Shown one piece after another: positions 12,401 through 24,400 of a stretch of 64,000 nt of DNA. Numbering within the stretch: position 1 is the stretch's first letter; each line of letters begins with the position of its first letter. Origin of the DNA: Nageia nagi (Eukaryota; Plantae; Pinophyta); the NCBI GenBank assembly GCA_050084985.1, contig JBITNC010000001.1:186992001-187056000 (forward strand), in the 5' to 3' direction. A program made the translations under genes and the position numbers. Below the pieces are notes generated by a model, which was not told the origin of the DNA, did no database searches, and saw nothing but the letters and a program-made list of their open reading frames with translations.

Positions 12401-15400
12401 CCATTCTATATAAAGACAAGAATTTGGCTGCAATTTTCTAGAGTAACCTACTACTTCTAGTTCTGATATATTACTTTGATAATGAAGCCCACACCAATTT
12501 ATCTGATGAAAATGCTGAAGCGTTCCATTTAATTTTTGGCACAAGCTTTCACACTTTCTACAAGAAATATATTGCTTGCTGCTCTTAAAGTACACATGTT
12601 GACTTTATAATGTTTCACATTTTGAAAATTAGACCAACTTTATAGTATGTTGCACCTAAGCTTTAAGCACATGGTTGTCACAGTTTTCTGACCAATCTAA
12701 AAAAGTTGGAATTAGATATATCATATGTTCCCAATACAAAAGTCGAGAGAACAAAGAACACAGCATAAATGAATAGCCCAGTAAGAGATTTTTGAATCAC
12801 TCAAATAATTATATTTTGATAGCTGTAGCTATACAGTAAATCATGAAACTAACCTTTAGAAATAGTTGATTTTGCTGCTGTAAAATTGCTATCAAATAAA
12901 ACACTTGTGAGTTTTTGCTTAAGAAATGCCTGCATTCCAGAACACGTATCAGAACAAAATACGTACAAGCAGATTTCGAACAAGAATGTAGATCATGGAA
13001 ATTTATCACATAATGGAGACCAGCAGCAGAATTGTAATGTCTATTGTTTGAAGCAATTTCTTTCCCGTAGATTTAGCATATTACCAAAAAAGGAGGAGAA
13101 AAAGAGAAACAAGTGGATATATATCAAGTGAAATTTTCACAAGAAACACGATGTCACAAGAAATTAACAACTGACAAGGTAATGACACCTTCGCCTCATC
13201 AACAGTGGATAATAAACTATTTTCTTTTTCATAAGTCCTCCAATGAATCGTACGGGGGGGCATTAGAGGAGCATTCTAAGATTGACAAGATTCCTAATAT
13301 TTAATTAATTTGTGAACAGTAACACTAGTTTACAGCACCAATACAATTTTAAATACAGAATCAGCAATGACTATAGTATTTTTGTTTTCTTATTTAACTG
13401 TACTGATGCCTTGTAATATCCCAGACAAGATGAAACAAACCAAAACCCAAAAAATATAATACATTAATTTTTTTGTTATTTTCTGATATTAAACTCTAAT
13501 ACTAGATTTGTAGCATAACTTACATGCATGGACAAGTCCCAAAAAGTAGAATGGATCGAAACTCTTACACCAACATTAAACTATGGAGCATTTATTGGCT
13601 GAGTAGAATCATGAAACTTGGCAGACTTTGAAATAGAAAGAACCAATGAAGAAGGATGTCTGCAATGGTTGTCTTTTAAGGTTGAGAAGGAACATCCTCA
13701 AGCTCCAAAATGTTGCTGCTGGGTAGACTCGAAAAGGAATTCCAAAAATCTTTTCATTTGAATAAAGAAATACAATATATAGAACCTCTCAATAGACCCC
13801 ACCTATTCACTTAAGCATGCGGGATATTAGTAACTTTTTTATTATTTTTTATTTTCTAGAATTGGCGTCATAACAAATCTCCCCCTCCTGACTTGCTTGC
13901 CCTCAAGCAAGAAAAAGTTGGATGCTTAAAAATATTAACGAATTACCAGGTGGCATCTTCTGATGAAAGGCCTTTCCATTGCATGAGTACCTCCATCCAT
14001 ACCCTATTCCTTAGCTGTCTCTCCCTTGAGTTCAAAATTTGATCTGGTATCAGAATCAATTTTCTTTCGTCATCAAGCGATGGGGTCTGATGGAAGGTAT
14101 AATCTGCTACCCAAGGGCTTTTTTTAAACATGAGACATGAAAGACATTATGATGTCTTTTAAGGTTGCGAAGGTACATCCTCAAGGACCATAGATGATAG
14201 AAGAGCGGTTTTAATTTCTCAACCCCGCTCTTCTTTAATTAGGATTGTCGATAGGGTTGTCGACGAAGGAAGACCAGATCTCCAACCTCAGAACAATCAA
14301 TTCAAGACCTATCAACAAATAACTTTCGTTGGTTTTGAGCCCATTGTAGTCGATCCTTCAATGCCACCAAAATCTACCTCCTCTGCTTTACAAAATATTG
14401 GGCAATGGATGCCCGAGTTTCTGTTATGACTAATTCGAAGAATGTGGGTGTATCATACCTGTATAATGCCTTAAGGGGGGCATGCCAATGGACAAATGAT
14501 GAGTGGTGTTGTAGCAATGTTCCCTCAAGTGCCTCCATTTAACCCAAGTTTATTGATGATCTATAGCATAGTATACAAATTCTCCAAATATTTGTGAATT
14601 TGTCGAATATTCGCAAATTTTTCCCCTTCCCATTTTTCCATTTTAAAGCCAAATTCCTCTTTATAATATTTCTCTGTGTTTTTTCACGAATTTTTGCCAT
14701 TTTCCCCATCTTTTTCCCAAATTTTCATTGAATTTTAAACGTCGGCCCCTAGTTGAATTTGCCCCAAATCTAAATTTGTATACACTGATATATAGCATAA
14801 CTTCTCAAATATCCCTCAATCCATTTATTTACTATCTTTATCACTTACAATATTATGACGCAATCCATGCAAATGGAACACTTCTTCAAAGAACAAATCA
14901 GCCACTTGTAGGGCCGTATATGTATGAGAAATAGAGAAAAAATGTGCAAACTTAGAATGTTGGTCTACCCCCAAAAAGATGTCATTCTCACCGCTTACTT
15001 AAGACTAGTAATGAAGTTCATGGAGATTGATTACCCTTTTTGTTCTGAAATAGGTAGTGGGTGAAAATGTTCTGGTGCATAGACATTTTTTTGGCATATT
15101 TTGCACTCCCTAACTTGTTGCATCACATTTGACTTTAGTCCCTTCCACGAAAAATCTATTTCTAATTTGTTTGTATATCTTAAAAAACCCTATATGACCA
15201 GCTAGAGGGGAGTCGTGAAAAGCTGTAATGATTTTCTTTTTTTAGTTTAGAATTTGGTATCACAAAAATTCTACCGTTATAATACACCTTTCCTTGTTTC
15301 ACCTAATACCATTCATCCTTTTTTGAATCAGAAAATGTTCCTTCCAGTAATTGCGAAGTAAAACCATTTTTTGCATATTCAACTATTGATTCCTCCCTCC

Positions 15401-18400
15401 AAGCAAAGTTTATGAAGGAAACAATTGTTATTTCAAAATCATATGTTTGCATACTTGCTCACCTACTTTTGCTGCCTTTCATTTAAATCATGCTGAGATA
15501 GGAAAAGCTTTAGGCTGCTATGATGTATCCTCGTTATTCCTCAGTACAAAACTGCCACACACCAAATATAATTTGAACTTTTCCAACGCAAGCATTACAG
15601 CCAAAATTTCCTTGTCATAAATAGGGAATTGGCGCTTGGTCTCCTTCAATTTCTTGTTCTCAAATGCTATTGGTCATCATTTTTGTATGGGTTCAACACC
15701 AATCCCTTCACCTGAAGCATCACATTCTACGATAAAAGGATTAGAAAAATCAGGTACAACAAGGATACGGTCGGAACACATCACCTTTTTTAAGCAGTTG
15801 AAGGCTTCTTCCGCTTTGAGTGACCATTGGAAAGCACCTTTTTTTGTAAGTTCAGTCAAAGGGGCAGAGAGTTGTGAAACTCCTTGATGAACCTCCAATA
15901 ATAGTTGCATAACCCCACAAACCCACACAATTGTGTGTGAGATTTCAAATAAGGCCACTCTTGCATTGTTTGTATCTTCGATTGATCCATTTCTACTCCT
16001 TTCTCACTTATAACATGGCCAAAGTATAGAAATTTCTTCATGCAAAAATCACACTTGCTCTATTTGACAAAGAATTGTTGTTGTTGAAAGACAGCTAGGA
16101 TGATCTCCTCCTATTCTAGGCGTTGCCCCACATTTTGTTGTAAAATAGAATGTCATCAAATAAGACTAATATAAGTTTTCGTAAATATGGCCTAAATACC
16201 TCATTCATGGTTGACTAGAAAGTGGCTGGAGCATTAGTTAATCCAAAAGGCATCACCAAAAACTTGAAATAACCATAATGACACCGAAAAGATTTCTCGT
16301 AAGTGCCCTCAAGTTGGACCCAAATCTAATGGTACCCCAAACATAGATCAATTTTGGAAAATAATGTTTCTCTATGTAGCTAATCAATCAACTCATCAAC
16401 ACGTGGAATAGGATGTTGGTTTTGTTGTGACTAAACACAACACACCCCAAAATCCTGCGATTTTGGTGACCCTCACTAACTCATCTACATATAGACTCAT
16501 GTTTTTGTCTCCTCTAATTCAAGTAGTTCCGTAAGAGCCTAGATATTATGTCAAGTTGTCCCAAGCCTAAGTCTAATAAATTGCCTGATCTTAGTCATGT
16601 TGAGCCAAAATCCGAAATTGCCAAAAATGGTTAAGTCTCGAAAACCAAAAGTCAATCTTAGGTGAACCAGGGCAATCCAGGACGAGTCGGGACAAAGTCA
16701 AGCAATCTGGGTCACTTTGAGGCTTGGTGCATGCCTCAAAAAGACAAAATCTTGTCTTTTTGAATCATGCAACCAAGTCAGGAAGCAGTCTGGATTGAAA
16801 CGGAGCAGAGAAAAGACAAGGCAAGGACATTTCAAGGCTGTTGCATGATTTCAAAAGACAAAATCTTGTCTTTTTGAACCATGCAACCAAGCTGGGAGGA
16901 GGGGCAAATTCGAGGATCAAGAAGTGAACCCAAGCATCCAGGAGGCTAGCGCATGCCTCAAAAAGACAAATCTTTTTGAACCATGCGCCAAGCCTAGAAG
17001 GGCTTCCAGTTCAAGCAACAGGGAAAATTTTGACAAGTCATGGACCCAAAAACCTCAAGATCAGCTCAAGCACACCTAGATGGGCTGGCGCATGATCTCA
17101 AAAGACAAATTCTTGACTTTTTGAATCATGCGCCAAGCCCAGGAAGCCTCCAGGATCCAGGAAAGACAAAAATTTGGCAAAGGCACAGAGAAAAGAACAT
17201 GCAAAAATGAAAAATTGGCCATCTAGAGGCTGGTGCATGTTTCAAAAAGACAAAATCTTGTCTTTTTGAACCATGCGACCAAGCTAGAAGAGCAAGAGAA
17301 GTTGTCGCATGTTTCAAAAAGACAAAAACATGACTTTTTGAACCATGCGCCAAGCTTGGGGAGTGCCCAGTGAGCTGAAAGATGAAATTTGATAACCCTA
17401 AACACTGGAAAGACCAGAAATTAGGAAACATCAGGTCACAGGATGAAGTTCAAGGTCAAGATGAGCAAGCAAGAGAGCAAGGATGGCCAAGGTGGGAAGC
17501 ATACTCACCCCAAGGATGGCGCATGATCCAGAAAGACACAATCTTCTCTTTTTTGGCCATGCACCAAGCCAGAAGGAGCCCAAAAACCCCCACATCTAGT
17601 CTTGACCAACGACACATGCAATTTCAAGCAGGTGCACATCTCGAGGACGGACACATGGACGGCCAAGATGGAGCTTTTCTCATGCTACGAAATTCCTGGA
17701 TGAGGAATTCAAAGAACGTGTTGTGGGCTTGGGCCCGCTAGCAACTTAGTCACAATTTTCCAGTTTATTTTATTTCCAAGAAAATGACATCTATTTTTGT
17801 TAAAATGCTTTATTATATTATCATGATGGATGACGATTTGCTCCCACAAGTTTGGAAGAAACCTTGTAACGCCGTGTGGCGATATGTGATTGGACCATAT
17901 ATTATTTCTTGGAAATTGCAATTAGGGTTAGGGCAACACTTTGAGTTGCCAAGAAAAACTATTTATAGCCCATTTGGGCTCCTTTGTAAGGGATCAGACA
18001 TTTTTGCAATTGGGCTACTTACAAAATACTTTCAATTTTGCAAGTTTTCCCTTTTCGCAATTGTGATATAATTCCAAGAAATTGAAGTGAGCTTGTTTTC
18101 ATTTGAGATTATGAAAGTGAATGAGTGTTACATTTTTATGCTATCTTGAGTATTTGGGGCATTTTATAAACCTTATTGGTGGATAAAAGAATGCTTGTAT
18201 ATCCTTCGAAATATTTCAAGAAGTGTTTGATTGTAAAGTTTCATAGTTTGCACATGGGATTAGTGTGTTCTAAGATGACTTGCGTATGCCGTTTAATATA
18301 GGAACTTCACTCCACAATTGAGTTCTACCCATGTGATACCCTTCTTATCCATCACCTTAGCGCCAAGCTCCTCTCGTTGGGACGTTCGTGTTGTCGCCTT

Positions 18401-21400
18401 TCGAGTTGGATTTGGGGTGCGCGGAACGTATGCCAAACCCGCACAAGTTCGGTCTTAGAAGGTCATACTAATCGGTGAGAACATTGCTCTAGAGCTGAAT
18501 TCATATATCACCGTCTTTTCACAACTCTTTTTCTTATTTTCTATTTTTTGTGCAGCTTTCGCAACAAACCTTTTACCCCTTTTTTTTGAGAAATAATTAT
18601 TCCTAGATTAGGGACCCTTCAAGTCCTTGATTAACAAATTTCATTTGAGATGGTAATAGCTTCAAACATCTCCACCTTATCACCTAAGTGAACCCTTGCA
18701 CCCTTCACTTTCAAATCTTTGAGGTAAAAGTCCTCATAGCGGGTAGGGGTCATGCCCTACCACTCAGGTGTTGGAGTCTTTCTACAAGCCTTGTGATCCA
18801 ATTTACCAATCAGCAAGGGTAGGAAAGAAAAAGCCCCCAACAGGTTCTTAATGGTTTTCTTGTTTAGGGCTCAATAATTGATGCACATTCTTAATGTCCA
18901 ATCTTTTTTCTTGATCAATATAAAGGGGCTAATAATAGGATAGATATGTCCTAAAGCGAGTAATTATTTGATGGCACATTTATTCTCGTCCTTAAAACTG
19001 CAAGGCTTCCTATAGGGTGTGACCATGATAGGTCTAGTCCTTGGTTCTAGTTCAATGGTATGCTGAAAACCTCTATCGAGGGGAAGAGCAACAGGTATAT
19101 CATTAAACACAACATAATATTTTGACAGAAGAGCTTGAATTTTGGGCAAATACGTTACCTCAACAAAGGTGCATTTGTCTTTTGGACTTTCTTTGTTAGT
19201 ATGGCAAATAGCAATCCATTCCACTTCACCTTTCTGGATGACTGACACAATTCTATTTGTAGTGATGATTTGTACTTCCTCTAAGGCTATTCCCTTAATA
19301 GTCGTCTCTTGCACTTTGAACTAAAATTTGAATGTAAGATTTTGATAATTTTGCATCAATTCACCCAAAGAGTGCAACCATTGCACTCCAAACACTAAAT
19401 GCACTCCTCCAAGGGGAATGGCATAGAAATCATTGGTGATTTTATATCCATCCAAAACCATTATACGCTGCCTTACTACTTGCTTGTAAGAAATAGATTA
19501 ATCATCAACTACCGAAACATCAAAGACTTTAAACTTTTCTCTTTTTAAACGAAAGCAGGCCATTGCTCCTTGGTCTATGAAGTTATGGGTGGCCCCACCA
19601 TCAATAAGGGCTACAATCGGCTTCCCATCAATTCTACCCTTCACTCTAAAAGAGTAATAACTAGGATCTCCCAATAGTGTTACTATGGTGGTAGAAGCCT
19701 CCACTTTATTTATTATTTTTGTAACAGTAGACTGCAATGACTCATCCCCTTCAATTTCTCGGTATTGTACTTCTACTTCATCTTCACCCTCTTCATCAAA
19801 GTACACCTCAATAAGGTTTACTTGTCCATTTCCCATGAAACAATGTGAGGGATCTATTTGCATGTGAAGCATAGTTGTTTCATTCTCATCTCATTTTAAT
19901 TCGTCACTTGGTTTGGTTGTCTCATCCATGTAGGATTGGTATTTGATTGATTACGAGGGTGAGACAAACCAACTCCTAGCCTTCATGGAAAAAGCTTCTA
20001 TGAGTAACTAGAAGATGTTGGGGTTGTTCCCATAGTGTAGATGATGACCATATAGAAGTTTTCTACAGAAAAGAATTTTCCAATGGAAGCGCTTTCTTTA
20101 TTTTTGCCTAGATTGAATCAAGGTCAAAAGCCTTAAAAAACCCTTGGGTGGGTTCCAGCAACCCCTCTTTGAAAAAATATATCAATCTCTCTTTTGAAAT
20201 GTCATGTGCCATGATAGAATTTATATGGAAATTAGTAATATATGAGTCTATTGTCCCTTGTTGCTTTAAGTGTGCAAAATTCCTAAAGTGTTTCCCGGGG
20301 TTGATGACCTCATAATGGTCTAGATGCCTTTCGTAGAATCGGTTATAAGTTGTCACCAAGTCATGCTCTTATGTCACTAACCTATGGTATCACCATTCAT
20401 GGGCCACTCCTAGATGAAAGACTGAATTTTAACGCTTTCTCCTCATACATATGGAAAATTTTAAGGACTATGTATGTGTTTAGTTTTTGGATCCATGGTT
20501 TGGCTGAAACCTTATTAGACCCATCAAATGAGGGAATGGTAAGCTTTCATTGGCGATGCTACAAATCCCTATGAAGTTGATTGTGAGTGGGTCTCCATTA
20601 CTTCCAAGCTCTGGTTTGGACTTCAAATTGCAAAAGTCCATGAAGGAGATATCCCCTCGAAACTCTGCACTCTTCACTACATATTTGATATGGAGGGCAT
20701 CTAGGTCATTCTTCTATTGATCCATCATGTCATTTCCTTGTTGCATGGCCTCCTTCTACAAAACGGTAACTCGCGATAATTTGGAACCAACAATTGCTTT
20801 GCGTGGGGTGTTCTAGTTTGCCATAAAAATAGAGGTTTCTACAAGTTCATCATTTCCTTGAGGTATAGTCGTAGGGTTTAATCCATCAGGTCACACTACC
20901 CAAGTTAATAGATCAATGAGTTGTTGTTGGCCATCCTTCAATGCTCTCATTGTGTTAAGAAAATCCAACTCTTTGTTATCATCTCCCATTTTTGTAATTT
21001 CTTTGGTTTCCATAGTTGATATCTGATTTCTCTATCATTGGCTAACATGCACAAATATTTAGGCACTTGCACTTTTTCCACAGACGCTATAGATCTGCTC
21101 TACTTAAAATTTAACAGTCAAGGTCTCTAGTTTCACTCTTGCATGTCATGTGCATGTGATTGTGTTTGCATGTCATGTGCATATGCTTGTGTTCGCATGT
21201 CACATGCATGTAGTTTTCTAACTGGGTATCTATCCTGCATGCACAATTTTATGCTTGCATGACAAATAATTCTCTGAGTGACATACAGTACCTTATTCTC
21301 CCTTAGGCTGGCCAAATCTAAGCTTTGATACCACTATGATGTCCCAAACAAGATGAAACAAAACAAAACACAAAAAATATAATATGCTAATTTTTTTGTA

Positions 21401-24400
21401 ATTTTTTTATATTAATATTTTTCTCTTTCACAAAACCTAACACCAGATTTGTAGCATAACATACATACATGGATAAATCCTAGAAAGTATAATGAATAAG
21501 GACTCTTACACTAAAACTAAACTATTGAGCATTCCTTGGCTGAGTGAAATCATGAAACTTGGCAGTCTTTAAAATAGAAAGAATCAGTGAAAGGGTATGT
21601 CTTCAATGGTTGTGTTCAAAGGTTGAGAAGGAGCGTCCTCAAGCTCCAATATTGCTTCTGTGCAGACTGGATTTCCAAAAAACTTTTATTTGAAGAAAGA
21701 ACTACAGTATATAAGACCTCTCAATAGGCCCCACCTATTCACTTAAGTTGTTGTGTAGATAATTGTCATCTTCAATCTTATGAACAATATTACTAATTCT
21801 ATCATCGTATGAGAGCTATGATATTGTCCATATTGGTAGAGGAGAACCAATATAGGTATTTTGTACAAGGTAAGAAGAAAATTGCAGTTTTGAGAGCATT
21901 CTAAATATGTTGGAAAAACTATCAAATGGGTTTTTGGAGTAAAGCATTTTTAAGAGCATTCTAAATATGTTGGCAAAGCTATCAAATGGGATTTCAAAGG
22001 AAATCATGAACAAGTTGTGTTCAAAATTTCAGCTCATTTTCGCATATGATGCCTATTTTCGAGAATCATGCTTTCAAGGACATCCTTGGGGAATTTTGAG
22101 AAATAATCAACATCGATCAGAACCCTCATGCAATATTTCCCTATTTCATGCTTTTTAAATTTCCTTTGTGGTTTGGCATAGAAATCAGTATCAGAAGATT
22201 AAAGCTTCATTCTTAAATTTGGAGGGAATTTTAAATTTTTGAATTTAAAGGTTTGGAATATTACCTGATTGTTTCAGGATTTTGGCAGATTTTACTTTGG
22301 TTGGATGCACACATGGGCAATTTTGATGGTAACATGAGTTGTTTCACCCAATAGGTGTTAGACAGTCAGGAATTTGAACTTGTGTGGAGGAGTCCCAAGT
22401 TGCTAAGGCATTTGCCTTATGAAGGATAGATCAAAGGTTCAAATCTCCACCCCTTCCTTTGGGTCAAGTTGGTGGATTATAATATGAATAAAAGCCATGT
22501 CAGTTTGGGAAGAAAATCATTTGCAGTCCATCCGGGGCGACAAGAAGTGAGAATAGGTTACAAGGTGTTAACTGCAACAAACAAGTCACAGTGCAATTGA
22601 TTGAGGTGAACCAATTTGTAGACTCCACATGCTGGCACATAAGCAAGTGCTATTATTTTTCTTAAAGATGCTTTTAACTTGACTAGGAGTACAAAGACAT
22701 CCAGCTTATGGTTCGAAAATCCACGAGTAACCGGCGATTACTCGTGGGTAACCGCAATTCGGAGGCAAAAGGAGTAACCGGGGGTCATTACCCAGGCCTG
22801 ATGGTTTTTGAAGATTACTCGGCAGTTACTCGGGTGGTTACTCGGCGATTACTTAGCTACTATCAAAATACAGCTAAAAAACATGAAAAATAGATAGTCA
22901 ACACCAAAATATGCCTTTTAACTACCTCATTGCGTCTCATTCTTCTCATTCCATTGTGTTTGCTCAGGTTTTTGCTCTACAGGTCAGTTTGTGAAAGATT
23001 TGAAGGTTGAGTATCAATTTGAAGAGCTTCATCATTGATTTGTATTTTTTTCATATTTTGTAATTTTTCATATTCTGAAATGTTTCAGGTTTTTTTTCCG
23101 GATTCTTGTGCCAGGTTTTTTTTGAGTACTCTCTGAGTTGCCAAGTACTCTCCAAAATTTTCCTTGTAGAATAGTTCCCAAGTTCAAGTTTTACAACAAT
23201 GATCCAGACATCATAATTTTTCATTTGTTAAGCATGTTGGGACAATTTTTAAAATAAAATAAATATTTTTAGAATCCTAACTCTGGTCTAATCATTTTGG
23301 GTTGTTTAGTTGTGTTATTCCAAGAAAATGGGTGGAAACTAAAATGAAGATTAACAACCTCCACAATTTGGGACAATTATCTGAAATGGAAAAATGATGT
23401 TGATTTGGTTCTCAAGTGGTATCATGTTCATCATATCATTGAGGACACCAATGAGGTATTAACAAACACAGAGTAGGGGATTGCATGGGTGATTATTGCC
23501 ATTAATATAAAATCAAAGATTTACTGCATTGCAAAGGAGAATAATTGGAAATCTTTGGATTTTGGCAAAAGTTAGAGGAATCTGTAAAATCCCACATAAT
23601 TCTCCAATGCAAGTATTAGCCAAACAATAAATAATGAATATCAAATTATGCTCCTACGCATGCCACAAACTGATCTAGGGCATCAAACAAGTAACACAAT
23701 ATGCTAGAAACCCCAACTTTGCACTTCCTTAACCAGAAAACACCTCAACTGATCAACATTACACTAGGCCATCCACAAATCATGCAAAACACACCATAAA
23801 TGATCCCAAAAACATGGCGTTACACCAAGCGAAGCAAGATATCATCAGACACACATCACAATGAGACAAGAAATGGAGATCAAGTGCACCAAGGCTCAAT
23901 TAATGGAGAAATAGTGAGTACAAAGCAATATCAGGCCCAAAAGGGCTCAACATTGACTTCCAAGGAGCCAACTAAAACACACTAATGTGCAAAATGGACC
24001 ACTGATGAAGATATGTTGCAGAACAATCACACTCTACTACATCTATGGATGCCTCATTGAAGGGCTTCCTCATAGGCTAGCTCCTGACGAAGAGAACAAG
24101 TGCAATTTCAGAATATCACCAGATGGATTCAAAGATGTTGACCGCTATGGACGCCTCAAAGAAGGGCAACCTCACAACACGAATAATCACCTCAACTACT
24201 AGTCAGAAGGTCTTCCAAGCGTCCTGGACTCTCCATGGTCTACACGCCCAAGGGTACTTAACACCGCCAAATCGTTACTCCAAAGAGAAAGGGTTTTTAT
24301 ATCAAAATCAACATATCTTTGCAATGATGCTCCAATGCCTTATATAACATTCCCTGGATTTGAATCTCACCTAGAAGTCATCACTCATCCTCCAAATCCA

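Larger units (their letters stand above)
13412..21747 (-). mobile_element. Ty3/gypsy chromovirus (Reina-like), decayed, with nested insertions; in intron 10
   Basis: 3' LTR 13412..13875 (TG..CA) with PPT AGGAGGGGGAGATT beside it. 5' LTR 21335..21747 (outer ~60 bp missing) with PBS TGGTATCAAAGC at 21333-21322. gag (ORF 20108..20359), protease [12 protein letters not shown] (19498..19872), RT ([12 protein letters not shown]), RNase H ([13 protein letters not shown]), integrase, chromodomain ([28 protein letters not shown], 13943..14131). Confidence 0.92.

Noticed and set aside
16729-17562. True CRISPR array
   Set aside because: Plant nuclear LTR context, spacers of 30-172 bp with shared flanking similarity, degenerate repeats and no cas genes. 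Kept as a palindromic repeat array instead.
17126-18071. ORFs of 60-119 aa (17126..17431, 17382..17741, 17784..18071)
   Set aside because: They lie inside the solo LTR and its repeat array, with no recognisable domains.
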